Source: the human T2T-CHM13v2.0 reference genome, Homo sapiens
Assembly: GCF_009914755.1 (NCBI RefSeq)
Contig: NC_060930.1
DNA: 64,000 nucleotides
Direction: 5' to 3' (one strand)
In this document: positions 26,963 to 42,600 of the stretch, one piece after another
Layout: each line of letters begins with the position of its first letter
Position numbering within the stretch: the first letter of the stretch is position 1
The notes under the pieces: model-generated
The model's input: only the letters and a program-made list of their open reading frames with translations
What the model was told of the DNA's origin: nothing
Database searches by the model: none
Translations under genes and position numbers: made by a program

Positions 26963-27230
26963 CTGGAAGGCAAGAGGAAAGTAGTAACAATTATTTTTAT
27001 TAAAAGTCCTTCTAAACATATGGAGATGGCACAGCGAATTCCAGTGTTCTGTAAAGTCATTTTCTCAGCAAGCAATGAGAAGCCTGCAATCCTTTGCTAT
27101 ATCACTCCCCGGTTTACTCCTCCTGCCATCCCATTCTTACAAAATCACTGAGACTGTGTCTCAAGACTGCATTCAAATGGCCCAGTCCCATCCTCTGGCC
27201 TCTAAATTACAGATGAGGCATAGCAAAAAC

Positions 27231-27413
27231 CTTGAGTCTGCGCAAGATGGAGGTGACACGCTTTTGCAGGTTGTCCCATCTCTGGTTGCCTTCGTGAACC
27301 ATCTGTTTGAGGCTACATGCTGAATCAGTGCGGTTCTCCCTGGCCAGGCGGCGGTACTGCTTGTTGATCAGTTCCAGCTGCGTCAGGCACTCGTGGACCT
27401 GTCGCTGGAAAGC
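27231..27413 (-). CDS. SYNE1: SYNE1 exon ~134, 183 nt, AFQRQVHECL...ILRRLK
   Basis: Acceptor ggccttAG, weak donor AAG|GTTTTT, phase 0-0. Confidence 0.94.
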
Positions 27414-29715
27414 CTAAGGCCACAGAGAAGCATATCAGTGTGAGAAATCAGCGAAGGACTCTCAGTAGTGGCTCCTGGTTTTCTTATTGTAGCGTCTGGG
27501 AGAATGGGAAGTTACACTATCACAGAGGGAAAGAATGATGTCTAATAACGGTACACTTCCCCTTGTTAATGCAAAGTCATCTAGTCAGCGTAACTTAAAG
27601 GAAAGGGAGAATCTATCAAAAAATATGAAAATGGGGAGTAGTAATGAATAAACACACACGCATCCAACACACATATATAGACACACACACATACATACAC
27701 ACACATATACACGTAGCTTTAAAAATAATTAATGTCCTGGAAACAAATATTCCCACAAAGCAAACCACTATAAAAAATATACACGTGTGTGTGGAAATGT
27801 GAGTTTGAAATGTTGACAACTTCTGCTGTCAATATGGAGAAAAAGATATCTATAATGGAACTGTTTATTTGTAAAATATGTACTTTTCTAAAAATCTAGA
27901 AATTACCTCAATTCTGCTGTCCATTAGGAAAAAACTTAAAACTACCTTTTGCAAAAGGTCTTCCAAAAAATCAAGCTATTATAAGCTTTTAAGAAAAGTA
28001 ATTTAGTAAAATACAAGTAACTTTATATTTTAAAAAATTTGGAACATGCTCTGTTTCTTTTTTGTTGTTCCTGTGATTTAATTAGTTTTTATAAAACATG
28101 TTAGAGCTAGTGTACCACCCACACAGTAGCATCAATTTACTTTTGAGGCTATCCCAGGGTCAGTTTAGAGATTCTGAAGGTAAAATATTCTTTTCTGCCT
28201 TTTCCCTCCAATGTAGAAGAGCCCTATAGCATAAGAGTCATTTGGCCAAAATAAAATGAAGCTTTAAAAAAAATCATTTGTATGATTTATGACTGATTTT
28301 TATCTTGGCATTAGACCAAAATGAAAACTATAATTAATAAATTGAACCGCACTCATCAAATCCCCAAATTCTGTTTTCCTTGGCTCATCACACTGTTTAC
28401 ATGTGACCACATTTCTGTCTCTTAAATTGCTTTCCTTGTGAGAGCTGCTTTCAGAGCCTTCATCCTAGGAAATCCTAGCTTCCAGTCTAAAAACCTTAAG
28501 TTATTTCTCCAGCAAAGGGAGTGGTAAGGAAAGTTCAGCTCTGGCCATGACTGGAAGTCCCAGTACATGTTTGCCCACTGGGGTAAGGTTGGAGTACCCC
28601 CAGGCAGATACCCCAGCACACCCATGTCCATCCCAAACGTTCATGCGATTGGACCAGCTAAAGACTGCCCCCAAGCACAACTTCGTTTCTGCAATTCATT
28701 TCTGTCTCTTAAGAAAATTAACTACAAAATTCATGATAAATAATAAAATCAATCATTATAGAAGCTAACTATAAGGCTAACTTTTGCTTTAAAATCTGAG
28801 AGTCTAAAATAGCATCAAAAAGAATCTTATATAATCTGCTTTGCAGTATAAGCCAATTATAAAAGGTTTTAACCTTTATGAAGGGAGTGTGTAAGATGCA
28901 GTTGAGCAGCTCTCCACTAGCATTCATTCACATCGAGATGACCTGGAATCTACTGCAGAGTTTACTGTGCTTTTTACTAGTAGTTTTCTAAGGGAGTATC
29001 TTTTATATAGGAATAAAAGTGTTGTTTATTTTAATTTAGTGGTATAGTTACATATGAATTCATTCACCATTCAGACATCAGAGTAATTCATCCATTTCAA
29101 AGTATTTGAACATTTTTCTAGATTCATATAGCTGTCCATGTACAACCCTGAGATTTTAAACTCCATAAGAATAAAAAAGCGAACTTCTTATTTCCCATCA
29201 TAGGCCTCAGAAAATGCCTGGTTACCTGATGTTGCAAGGTAAAAATGAATGCAGCTACATTTCATTACATTTTCAGTCTTATTTCTAAACATCTCGAGGA
29301 ACTTGGGGGCATAATTAGCAATGGTCAGAATGCTTCTGAACTCTTTGCTGTTAACATACCTGAGTACACAACTGCCTATTAGTGGGAACTGAAGGGAAAA
29401 ACACCTTCAAATTTAAAAATGGTCAATTTTGGGCTAGGTCAGGTCTTCCATGAAAATGAAAGGCAGCTGAGAAGTCAGAGCTTCATTGTACAACAGTGAT
29501 AGAGTGGACTCGAGATTGTGCAAGCAGGCAAGGTATTGGAATCAATTCTTGGATAACTTCTTTCTTTATGAATATGATTACACTACAGCTATTTTCATCT
29601 CAGTGTAATTGAAAAGTTTTGGTGACTCAAGACCAGTACTACTCTTCACTGTGTAATTAGAAATGAATTATAATGAAAATGTTTTATTCCATTCTAGAGT
29701 CAACTCTTTTATCAA

Positions 29716-29717
<2 letters not shown>

Positions 29718-29759
<42 letters not shown>
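29718..29759. repeat. (CA)n microsatellite
   Basis: About 21 perfect units; likely polymorphic. Confidence 0.97.
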
Positions 29760-29762
<3 letters not shown>

Positions 29763-30165
29763 GATTAGGTAAAGAAAATACAAAAATGTATGTGGAAGGT
29801 AGATTTTTATGGTTTAAAAAAATCATATTTTAATCTTAGAAAAGATGGTTGACTGTGGAATAATTCTGAAATAAAAATCATGCCAAGATCTTTTGGGAGG
29901 AATCACGATTCTTCTTTTCTAATAGAATCTCTCTTCATTACTACAGTATTTATGCTTCTTGATAATCTTAAAATAAAAACCTCTTTTTCCCCCTTCATAC
30001 GTATGACTACGTATGAGGTCATAATAAAGATGGCTGCAAAGTCCTCACGCAGCAATTTGAGCAGATAACATGTGGTGAACAGCTAGTTTAGGTCTTGGAA
30101 CTCCAACTACCAGCTGGCTACTTTAATAGCAAAATAAGGATTAAAAATTTGGAATTATAGATTAC

Positions 30166-30316
30166 CTCAAATTTCTTTAGTTCTTCCTTGGCAACTGTAT
30201 AGATCACCCCAGAAGAGCTGGGAAAAGCAGCTGTCCTTTCTGAAGACTTCAGCCAATCTTCAAAACGTGAATAGTCATCCAGAAATTTCTGCCACAATCG
30301 CCACGTCTCTTCGATT
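30166..30316 (-). CDS. SYNE1: SYNE1 exon ~133, 151 nt, IEETWRLWQK...ELKKFE
   Basis: Acceptor ttttccgccccAG, donor GTAATC, phase 2-0. Confidence 0.95.
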
Positions 30317-31183
30317 CTGGGGCGGAAAATGAAAGAACAGATTCAGATTATTGGAGACTGTTTTCGCTCCAGAACCCGGTCTGCTGCCTGCGACTGGATT
30401 AAGGGTGCCCACAGAGGCAACTGTTGTGCCAAACGATAACCATTCCTCGAGCCAAATTTGACCAGAGAGCAAGAGAGACAACTGCTTGAGCTAAAATAAA
30501 ACGGCTGTTTTATTTTTTTAAAAACACGTCCTGCAACTCTGGATTTTGAATTAGTCAAATTGAAAATTACAAGCACATCACACGAGCTGCCTTGAATGTG
30601 TGCACCAAGTTTAGAAAAGCAACACCAGGTTTACAGTGTGCACTCAGGCCAGTGTCTTACGGAAATAAAGACGAGGTCGGAAAATCCATTTAAGTCCAAC
30701 ATTCAACTCACACTGACAAAAGTTAATCTATGACAGCAGGACAAATATTAAGCTTTCAACAGTTTACCAGAGAGCACAGCCATGATGATCACTTTGTAAC
30801 ACAGCACGATTTTCTGCCACCTTGAATTTCAAAGGGCTTAAAGATAAATCTGCTTTTATTATTTAATTTTTAATAAAAGAATGTTACTGTTCTCACAGCC
30901 ACACATTCTGTAATGTTATGCTTGTTTGACAAGGGTGTATTTTTATGTTTCCGTATTATATTTCAACTGTTAGGTCAGACATAACTTGGCTTGTTATATT
31001 TATATATTACCTTTATACCTACTTATTTTCCCAACTAAATGTAGACAATAGTAAGTTTGGGAAGCCACAGCTATTTTTGGACATTGTAACCAACAGGAAA
31101 GAGTGAACAGTGGATACTCTGGGTGATTTTTATTTTCTTTTTGGTCTTTCCTCTTCCCTATCTGTTTCAGCATCCCAGCTCAC

Positions 31184-31371
31184 TTCAGCCTCCTTTCCAT
31201 GGACATAGCACAAATGTTTCTCCACCGCCGGTCCAGGTTTCTCGTAGCCTGCTGTATAGAGTCACACTCGGCATCAGTGGCACAGGCGTCACAGTCGTGC
31301 AGCAGGACTTCACACAGGTTGAGGACAGATGCAACACCTGTACTGTGCTTCTCTATGTCTCTCTGAAGCTC
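31184..31371 (-). CDS. SYNE1: SYNE1 exon ~132, 188 nt, ELQRDIEKHS...MERRL(K)
   Basis: Acceptor ttcccctgcAG, donor GTGAGC, phase 0-2. Confidence 0.96.
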
Positions 31372-31711
31372 CTGCAGGGGAACGTAACAGGCTTTATTCA
31401 ACAATTACATGTATACAGATGAGAGAAACTGAAGCAACCTATGTTGGTAAATGGCTAGGCTACACCTTGACAAATATTTAATTTCCTTGAATGTATGACA
31501 TTTATTGAGCCTCATTTATGAAATCCAGCAAGCTCAAAAGTACTAGAAAATGGATGTAGAAATATTTTGGCTATGCGAGCAATGCCAAAATATAAACTGA
31601 ACAAATGAAATGGTCTACACTAAGAGTAAAACTAACTTCTTTAATCAATAAAAAATGAATCTTGCCCCAGACTCTACTTCACGAATACATCACTTTCATT
31701 CCAATCAATCA

Positions 31712-32400
<689 letters not shown>

Positions 32401-32449
32401 GATTTGCATTCTTTTTTAAACAGTTAATTCCACCATCATTAAAAGGTAA

Positions 32450-32965
32450 CATGGTTATCAATGGACGAACAAATAAAGAAAAAGTGGCATATATATACAC
32501 AATGGAATATTATTCGGTCATAAAAAAATGAAATTATGTTGTTTGCAGCAACATGGATGGAACTGGAGGTCACTATGTTAAGTGAAATAAGCCAGGTACA
32601 AAAACACAAATATCACACATTCTCACTTGTATGTGGGAGCTAAAAAAGTTGATCTCATGGAGGTAGAGAGTAGAACGCCAGATAGCAGAGGCTGGGAAGA
32701 GTGTTTGGGGGCAATGAAGTGAGGTGTCAATAGACACAAACATACAGTTAGAGGGAATAAGTCTTAATGTTCGATAGAGTAGAATGACTATAGTTAACAA
32801 CAATGTACTGCATATTTCAAAATAGCTAGAAGAGAGAAATTGAAACATTCCCAACACATAGAAATAATAAATACCAGAGGTGACGGACACCCCAAATACC
32901 CTGACTTGATCATTACACAGTTTATGCATGTAACAAAATATCATATGTGCCCCACAAATATGTAG
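32450..32965 (+). mobile_element. L1 3' end (L1MA-type)
   Basis: cacaatggaatattattc...gcagcaacatggatggaactggaggtc...cacattctcact. Confidence 0.9.
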
Positions 32966-33034
32966 AAAGACTATTTAAGGGACCTAGGTTCTATATCATG
33001 CATGACATCAGCAGTTTCCTCAGAGAACAAATTC

Positions 33035-33329
33035 TTTTTTTTTTTTTTTTTAGATGGAGTCTCACTCTGTCGCCCAGGCTGGAGTGCAGTGGCATGATCT
33101 CAGATCACTGCAACCTCCTGCCTGATTCTCCTCCTCATTCTCCTGCCTCAGCCTCCTGAGTAGCTGGGATTACAGGTGCCCACCACCATGCCTGGCTAAT
33201 TTTTGTGTTTTTAGTAGAGACGGGGTTTCCCCATGTTGGACAGGCTGGTCTGGAACTCCTGACCAGGTGATCCGCCCACCTCAGCCTCCCAAAGTGCTGG
33301 AATTACAGGTGTGAGCCACTGCGCCTGGC
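33035..33329 (-). mobile_element. Alu (S-type)
   Basis: Reverse Alu consensus. Confidence 0.95.
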
Positions 33330-34202
33330 ATAGAGCAACTTTTAATGTAGGGCAGAAGTAAAATGTTTTATGATAAAAACAAAGCATTGGATTTCCCTGG
33401 AGTCCCACAATGTGAAATCTTCATTTTAACTGTATAAAATGTAAATTCAAATTGTATGTTGTTTTCTCTATTGAACTTTTAACTCCATTTACTCCAAGTA
33501 AGTATTCCATTATTAAAAGTAAGCTCTACCAGTATCATTTTTTGTTTACTATATTCATCAATGTCCTTAATGTGTTTTCCTTTTCTTTTATCAGGAAGTT
33601 CTTGAATTTGCTTATTTTTTCTCTTGCTCTAAAAATTCCTCAATTTACGCAGATACCCGGGATTTATATTCTTGTGTTGCTCTTCCTCTTATTTTTTTCC
33701 TTGATGCCATGTTCCAACATCTATGAAAACACTAGCTATTGTCAAATGTCATAGTGCCTTTAATTAATTTTGGAGATTTTATAAACTAGACACTAGACGA
33801 TAAATTTTACTAAAATATTTATATTTTTATAAACAGTCCTTTCAAATCTCTGACATAACCTCCTTCACTTACATGAAACAATATGTCACAGGAATTGCTG
33901 TTCTAAAAAATATAAAATGAAGTAATATAAAAATTAAACTTAGTATTTGCTTAAAGATAAATATAAAGACAAATAATTCTGTAAATGAGATTACCAAGTA
34001 CATTTGAGGTCTTAAACTACATTTTGTGCAAGCATATACATTTGGAAGAAGTGTTAGGCCCCTGGACATAAACCATGCATTTAAGAAAGTTAGCATTTTT
34101 ATTTCATTTTCCCTAAATACTCAAAAGTTTTTGTTAAAATCAATATATGAAATAGCAACCCTAAGATTTGAGGGGATTTATAATCATACATAAGTGCCCT
34201 AA

Positions 34203-34411
<209 letters not shown>

Positions 34412-34889
34412 GACAGAATCATTCTTAAAAATTTTCCACAAGGGAAACTGTGGTAACTGTGACATGATTAAAATAAAATGTATCAAGCCCTGACTTTGTG
34501 TTAGGTAGGCACTGTGCTCAGTGCTTCTTCTTAGTAATTTGTATAATCACACTGTGTGGTGTGGACTCTGATGATTGGCGTTCTATAAATCAGGGCTCTA
34601 AGGGTTCAAATAGTTATGGCTTTGTCCCAGATCATATGGGAATGTAGTGAGGCCAAGATCTGAACCCAGAAAGTTTACTTTTAACCACTGGTGTACAGGA
34701 CTTTTTAAAGTCTTAATTTAAAATTTAATTAAAAAGCTATATGTGCATATTTAATGTAGTAAAAAGTAAAAAACGACTAGCAGGTTCTGAAGAAAGCAGC
34801 ATGTTTTCCACCCCGGAGTTCACCTGTTCAGGAGCAACCATTTCCATCTCTTGCAGCTCTTTCTTCTGGTATTACTTCTACCCTTTTTA

Positions 34890-35042
34890 ATTTTTTGAGA
34901 CAGGGTCTTGCTCTGTCACCCAGGCTGGAGTGCAGGGGTGTGATTATGGCTCACTGCAGCCTCAAATTCCTGGCCTCAAGTGATCCTTCTGCCTTGGCCT
35001 CTCGAAGTATTAGGATTACAGGGGTGAGCCGCCACATTCAAC
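34890..35042 (-). mobile_element. Alu monomer or J-type fragment
   Basis: Single reverse arm. Confidence 0.8.
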
Positions 35043-35205
35043 CTATTTCTATATTTCTCAGTAATATATAACTTCTCTATTTCTAAGTAACATAGCTACT
35101 GCTTGATTTGTCCATACTTTATGAATTCTTGTATAGTAGAGAAGAAATAAACTTCTACATGGCTGACTGAACTCTAATGACTGTTACAGTACAACTTAGA
35201 GCTAG

Positions 35206-35551
<346 letters not shown>

Positions 35552-36267
35552 TAATTTATAATGCTTGCTTCTATTATCTCTCTTATTGAACTAATAAAAC
35601 TCCTTCCGGAGTGGTTAAGCCCATCAGATAATCTAGCCCCTCCTGGCTCCTCCTGGAAACATCCCTCCTAGAGCACCCAGAGCCCCTGCTCCCATCTGGA
35701 CAGGTGCTGGCTTGGCTGCAGTACAGCTGTCATCAGGGACTTTCCTGCACCTTCACTCTGGGAATTCCCTTTTTCTTTCTCCTGAGTTGAATAGCATTTC
35801 CCCTCTTGCTTTAGTGCGTGTAGCATATGCAGCATATATAGCATAGTAGTACGTAGCCTGTGTAGCAAGTATGAAGTGTATTTTCCTCTCACTTTCATGT
35901 ATGTAGCATACCTTTCATTAGCTTCCTGAAAATGGGTACATAGGAGGTAAAATTTGTAGATATTAAGTGGCAGGGTATAAAATTCTAAATTATAAAGAAT
36001 TTTTCTCCGCTTTCTGAAGTTAGAGCCATTGTCTTCCAGCTCCCAGTATTGTTTTGGAGAAGCCAGAGTTTATTTCATCCTGGAAACCTTTAGGATCTCC
36101 TTATCCCTTGTGTTTTGCAATTTTACAGTGTGGCTTTGCTTTGTTTTACATTTTCCTGGGCACTCATACAGCCCTTATCATCTGCAAATGCATGTTTTTC
36201 ATTTTAGATATATATATGAATATATATACACACACATATGTGTAATGTGTGTACATATATACGTGTA

Positions 36268-36742
36268 ATCTTCCACAAAGTAAACAAAAAGATAAATATA
36301 TGAAAAATAGGAGAGAAATATAGACATAAACATAATAAAATTAACAATAATGCGAGAGTTTCAAAATCCAATTCAGTTATTTTATAAAAGTCCCCCCAAA
36401 AAAGAATAAAGAAAATGGAGAGGAGAAAATTAACATCGTAGTAATGTAACAAAAAATATAAATATATATTTAATAATAAATATATAAAATATATTTTTAC
36501 ATTACTACATTATTTATTTCATAATAAACATATATTATTTAATAATAAATATATATATTACATTACTACTACGGTAATTTTCTCCTCTCTATTTTCTTTA
36601 TTTTTTTTTAGCAGGGGACTTTTACAAAATAACTGAATTGGATTTTGAAACTCTGGCATTATCGTTAATTTTATTATGTTTATGTCTATATTTCTCTCCT
36701 ATTTTTCATATATTTATCTTTTTGTTTTACTCTGTGGAAGAT
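36268..36742. repeat. Long AT-rich inverted repeat (arms ~36268-36449 and ~36558-36742)
   Basis: atcttccacaaagtaaacaaaaagataaat...gtagtaatgtaa is the near-exact reverse complement of ttacattactac...atttatctttttgttttactctgtggaagat. Confidence 0.95.
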
Positions 36743-37959
36743 AGTCTCCATTCTGAATGCTTTTTTTAAAGAAAAAATGGCATCCTATCATTTTATGAAT
36801 GCAAAACCTCTCATTTCTGTGAGTTTGTTTGTTTTGTTTTGTTTACATTTTCTTTCTCTACAATGTGTCTCCTCTGATTGTTCCTTTCTTTATTTCCCTC
36901 TATTTATTTTTTTTTCTTAATGGTAGAAGCTTTCTTAAGTGGTGAGGATTCTTGCCTACCCACACATATTCAAGAATGAGTCAGCTATAGAAGCTGTGTA
37001 TGCACCTAAAGTATGTCAACTGGGAGGCTTCCCTGTGGAGAGTTAGGCAGGGGTCTGGCCTTTTCTGGGTTACCTTAAGTATCACTAATTGAAGGTACTT
37101 TTTGCTTGTCTGATCAGTTCTCCAGAAAGGATGCTCCAATCTCCTGGCTAGGGTGTAAGCCTGGGTACTGACATAGTGGGAGCCAAGCTGGGGAAGCGGG
37201 CTGGGAGCCCTAGCATTTGGTATTGAGCCAGTCACATCATCTCCCCATTTTTAACATAGTGACTCTAGCCTCCACGGTGTCCTGATCCCCAAACCCAGAG
37301 TCCCTCTGGTTTGCTTTCTCCAGAGAGTAATCATCTGATCTTCTACCTGAGTAAAGGAAGCAGAGTTCCCTGGCTGGCTGGGCTTAGGAGGAATCTGCCA
37401 GTCTCAGCACACCTTATTCAGATTTTCAAGTAATCTTCCATTTTACAGCTCAATAGGCAACTCAACTTTCAGCTTCACCTGATCTCCACTTTCTGAGCCT
37501 TCTTCGAACTCTGTGGCATGAATCAACTTTCTCCACCCTCCATTCTGTTAACAACATCACTGATCTATCCACTTTCTATCTTGCAAAATTATGTTGGATG
37601 TCTGTCATCTCTACCATTTTCTCTCCTGTTCTCTTTGCCATTGTGGTTTTAACCTTTTTCCCTCTCTACCATCATTTTATTGGGGTTTTAGTAGTAGGTG
37701 GGGCTATAAATACATATGATCAATTTGCCATATTTAACTAGATATTTTGTTGATTTTCATACACTTGTGAAATTACGATACCCGCCATTTGCATTTCAAC
37801 TCATCACTATAGACATCATTACCATGTTCTCTGGAAGAATCTGGGAAGCCGGATGCCAACCAGAATCCCTACAATTCAATCATCAGAATCTCAAACATCA
37901 CCACCCATCAGAAAACTTTAATTTCATAAAAATTGAAAAACGTCTTGCTAACAGTTTTT

Positions 37960-38170
37960 TTAAAGCAATGGAATATAGTGTATGTTTCAAGATAGCTAGA
38001 AGAGAAGATTTTGAGTATTGTAAGAAATGATAAATGTTTAAAGTGATAGATATGGTAATCAAATTACCTCAGTTTGTTTGATTATTACACTATGAAAATA
38101 TGCATTGAAGCACCACGTTGTACCCCACACATATGTACAATTACTATATATTCATTAGAAAGAAAAAAAT
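37960..38170 (+). mobile_element. L1 3'-terminal fragment (L1MA-type)
   Basis: atagctagaagagaagattttgag...gtaccccacacatatgtacaatta followed by an A-rich tail. Confidence 0.75.
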
Positions 38171-38389
38171 TTTAATGATAATTTTAATATTAAAAAAACC
38201 TCAACACCCAAAACTGTATTTTGACACCTATTTCATTGGCTTAAATAGTCTGTAAAATGAAGTAAGTACATAAACTATAAGATTTTAAAAATAGGAGGTA
38301 TTTACATTTTATAGCATTTTAAAATTAAGCAACTTTGCTGCAATGGCCTAAATGTAATGGAGAGAACCAGAGTGTGGATAGAATATTCA

Positions 38390-38857
<468 letters not shown>

Positions 38858-39440
38858 TCATCCCTTTTTGCTTTGTTGGGTTGTACGCCGCCAGTGAGAT
38901 ATTCTATCTTTGCTACACACATGAAAGTGGAATTACTGTGTGCGATCTGCAGGTCATGCAATCCTTTTTGCAAAACAAAATTTTTTCAACTTGAAAAATT
39001 CTAAGTATGCCTTGTAATCTTTCCCCAAACACTATACACAGGAAAAAAAGTCGGGGGCAGGGGGGCTCCTTTCAGTCCTGTCTAAGTGTATGGTAGTGGG
39101 CTAGGGCTAGTGACTCTCAAATAAATAAACCAATCTGTTAGCACTGTTTTAGATACGTAATTGCAACTCCACCTTACCTACCATCTTAGAAGGCTTCTTG
39201 GTGGATGGATGACACTAACTGTACAATGGCACAACCATCTTTGTAAGGCTGAACTCTGCAGTGACATGGAACCTGTTGGCCTCAATCGCCTGCCTAGGCA
39301 AAGCCCCCTTCCTCACCAGTCCTGCCTAGCTCCCTGCTGACCTTCCATCTCCAGGCACCATCTCATGCCCACCCCATCATCCTGGCCAGGAGGACAGATA
39401 TTCCATGGCTTATTAATTCCATTTCCATTTTAAGTCTTAC

Positions 39441-39603
39441 CTGCTGCTCATTAAGCTTTCTCTGTATTTCTTCCGAGTTACAGGAATCGTAGACTATTGG
39501 CTTGGCCAGCTCTGACTCGATGTGAGCGAGCCAGGTCCTCAGGCTGCTCATGTTCTTATCAAGCTGCTGCACGGCTACCAGGGTCTCCTTCAGCTTCTTC
39601 ACC
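39441..39603 (-). CDS. SYNE1: SYNE1 exon ~131, 163 nt, (R)VKKLKETLV...LNEQQ
   Basis: Acceptor ctgcccacAG, donor GTAAGA, phase 2-0. Confidence 0.96.
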
Positions 39604-42600
39604 CTGTGGGCAGAGAAGGGGGAATGTCCCACTTCAGCGAGAGGCCCACTCATGTTTCTCTAGCGTGCAGAGGAGAACACTGGGCTTTAACAATCTTTTT
39701 AGGCAGAGTTAGAAACTCATGTGGAAGAAGCCAAAGACAGAAGACAAAGGAGGATAGAAATTAGAGATGAATACAGACAAAGGAGCAAGGATGCAGAGGA
39801 GGCAGGGGTCCAGGGCACAGGAGCAGAGATAGATAAATTAGTTTTGAACACAGTTTTCCCAGTGTGAGCAAGGTGTGATCAGAAGTTTGGGAAGAACCAC
39901 AGGTAGTATTTCTCAACTCCATTACTACCTACTTACAGCAAAAATCAATTATTGACTCCCTGTTAAGAGCCTGACATGGCTGAGTGTACACAGATTGCTC
40001 TAAAGAGAAAGGTCATGGTGATAATAAGCATATGATCAATGATCTATTAGTGCCCTTATTTAAAAATTGCTGCTACCTTTAGACTATGAGTCTCGCCTTT
40101 TGGTTCAGGAAATATGGCCACCTAATTGGCACTGCTCATAACAGAGGTAAACAGCAGATGAGCAAAATACTTCAAGCTGCTAGGGTGTCATCTTGGCTCA
40201 ACTGAAGAGGTATCTATCTTCTTGAAAATATGTCAAGAGCAACATGACTTGTAAGACTCTAGGTTTGTGATACATTTAAAGGCAGGGATCTGCAATAGAA
40301 TGTTCTCAAAGATTGACAACTTATACACTTAGAGTCATCAGATATTCGCGCCCCCCTCCCCCACCCCCACATTACTTCCAGGCATTTAAAGAAGTGATTC
40401 TCAAGCTGGGATTGTCACACAGCCAGTGGAGGGTGCTTTCAAACCACAGGTGCCAACTACCAGCCACCACCGCCAGGTGGTTCTGATACGTTTCTCTGAT
40501 CAAGACACACTGTTCCGAAGAAAATGTCTCATAATCAAAGTATTTTGAACATTTGATTTATTTTTAGTTGCTTAAAATTGTTATCATCACTTCTGTTCCA
40601 GTTTCAATAAATCAATGTGTCTCTCTCAAGTGAAAATGTAGTCATTTGACAACATGATCGCTTTTCCTTTTTGTCATTTTTCCTCAAAGCACTGTCATAT
40701 AAATGCTCTTAAAGGATTTTCACTATGGTCAGCTGTTAATAATATCTATATTTTAATAATTGTAATTAATAATACTTCTATTTGAATAACATTTTCAGTT
40801 TGTAAAAACCCTCAGGAACATTACCTTTTATTGTTTTAAAAAATGTGTATTTAAAAAATTATGTTCATATTTCACAATATATTCTTTTGGTAGAAAATGA
40901 AAATATGTTACAATGTTTATTGTGACTTACAATTCCACTCGAGATAAGATTTCCCCAATTAGCTTTATAAATACAAATTGTACCCTGTCCCCCAGACACT
41001 TCAAGGCATTGGCCTTGAACACTATTTCCAAGAACTTTTACATACAACTCACTCACATTTCTCTCATGGCTAAGACAAAATTCATCTGGGCATCAGTCAG
41101 TGAATGACAGTTTTATTATGGCTACTGGGTACAAAGCTCATGGAGTGCATTTGATCGACCACAGCATGGACATGGAATTTTACATGGCTCTGGCCATAGT
41201 GCCCCAGACTGAAAGAAGAGTTTACCATCAATAAACCCACTGGAAGAGGCCTGAAGAATGGCACACAGCACAGAGAGGTCCGTCCTGCTTTTACATCTGT
41301 AGGAATGTCTTCTCAGCAGCCTCTCCTACATGACTTCAGATTTCGTAGGATCTGAACACTTACTAGGCTTGGGGATGGTAATGTCATCAGGGTTTTACTA
41401 GAGGTTGGAGTGCTTGTTTTCTCCCTTCCTTATTTTAGTTCCCTGGTATTATTCATGCATTAATTGGTCTCCTCCATGGTAACTTCCTTGGAAAGCTGGA
41501 AATGTGAATTTCTATATTTGGCTATTTCCCTACCCCGGCCATGCTAAACTCAGTGCTTTGCACTAAACTGGGTACTGTTTAAGTGGTTGCTAAACATTAA
41601 TAATGAATATTCTAAGCGAATTGTGTTTATTTAATTAACATGTTTTCATTTTAAAATTTTTATTTGATATTAAGTGTGTATTAAGTTTTACTTCTAGATT
41701 CAACATTTGCCAGTGCTCTATTTGTCAAGTACTAAAATTCATTCGTTTTTTTGGTTCAAAACTCACAAATATGATCAAAAGATCCAAAGCACAAAAGGAT
41801 GCAAGTAAACACTGTTCCATAGGACCGTCTACATTAGAAAAATAAATTACAGGATAGCTTTTGTAATATCGAATGAGTTCCAAGTCAGAGTGGTTAGTAT
41901 GCAATATGTCAAGGGCATCATGACATGGAAATGTGTGTTCATATAGTCCATTAGGGACAAGTTCCTCTTTCAAACAAATGTGTAAATTTAGTAAAGTCGA
42001 CGGGGGTGAACATTTAAGCAGTTCTTTTTCATTTTTTAAAAAATTGTGTTTTTACTACAAATAGCAAAAGACAGTGTGCATGTGTGCTGGGGGAGCAGAG
42101 GTGAGCCTGTAGGGCATGGGTAGTAGGATTAATAAGCCTTGGCTTATTAAACTTGACATTTATTTGCAGGACAGGGATCATTCTTTTTTTTAGGAGAAAT
42201 GTCCCATGTTTCTTTCCATTATTTCTTTAAAGATAATTTTTGGGTGAAGCGTCACAGTATTTTTATTTATCTATCATCGTGAGAAGTCTGAGCAACATTA
42301 CTTTTGGTAAGCATCCAGGATTATCATTCAAATTAGATACTTGCAGACGTCACATGTCTGGGTAAGTTTAGCAGCTTGATAAATCTGTAAGTCCCTGCAG
42401 CTTATGGTTCTTTCACAGTCCAGTGTGTATCACAGGCACTTGACCTTTCTTGAAAAGGATTCTACTATGAAATCCAAATGTCCAGCTTCTTAACACTGAA
42501 ACACGTATATACAAACACACATAAATATGTATATACGTACTTACACATATATGCTTATATATCTACATATATTGTATCTATATTTCACCACTTTCCTTCA

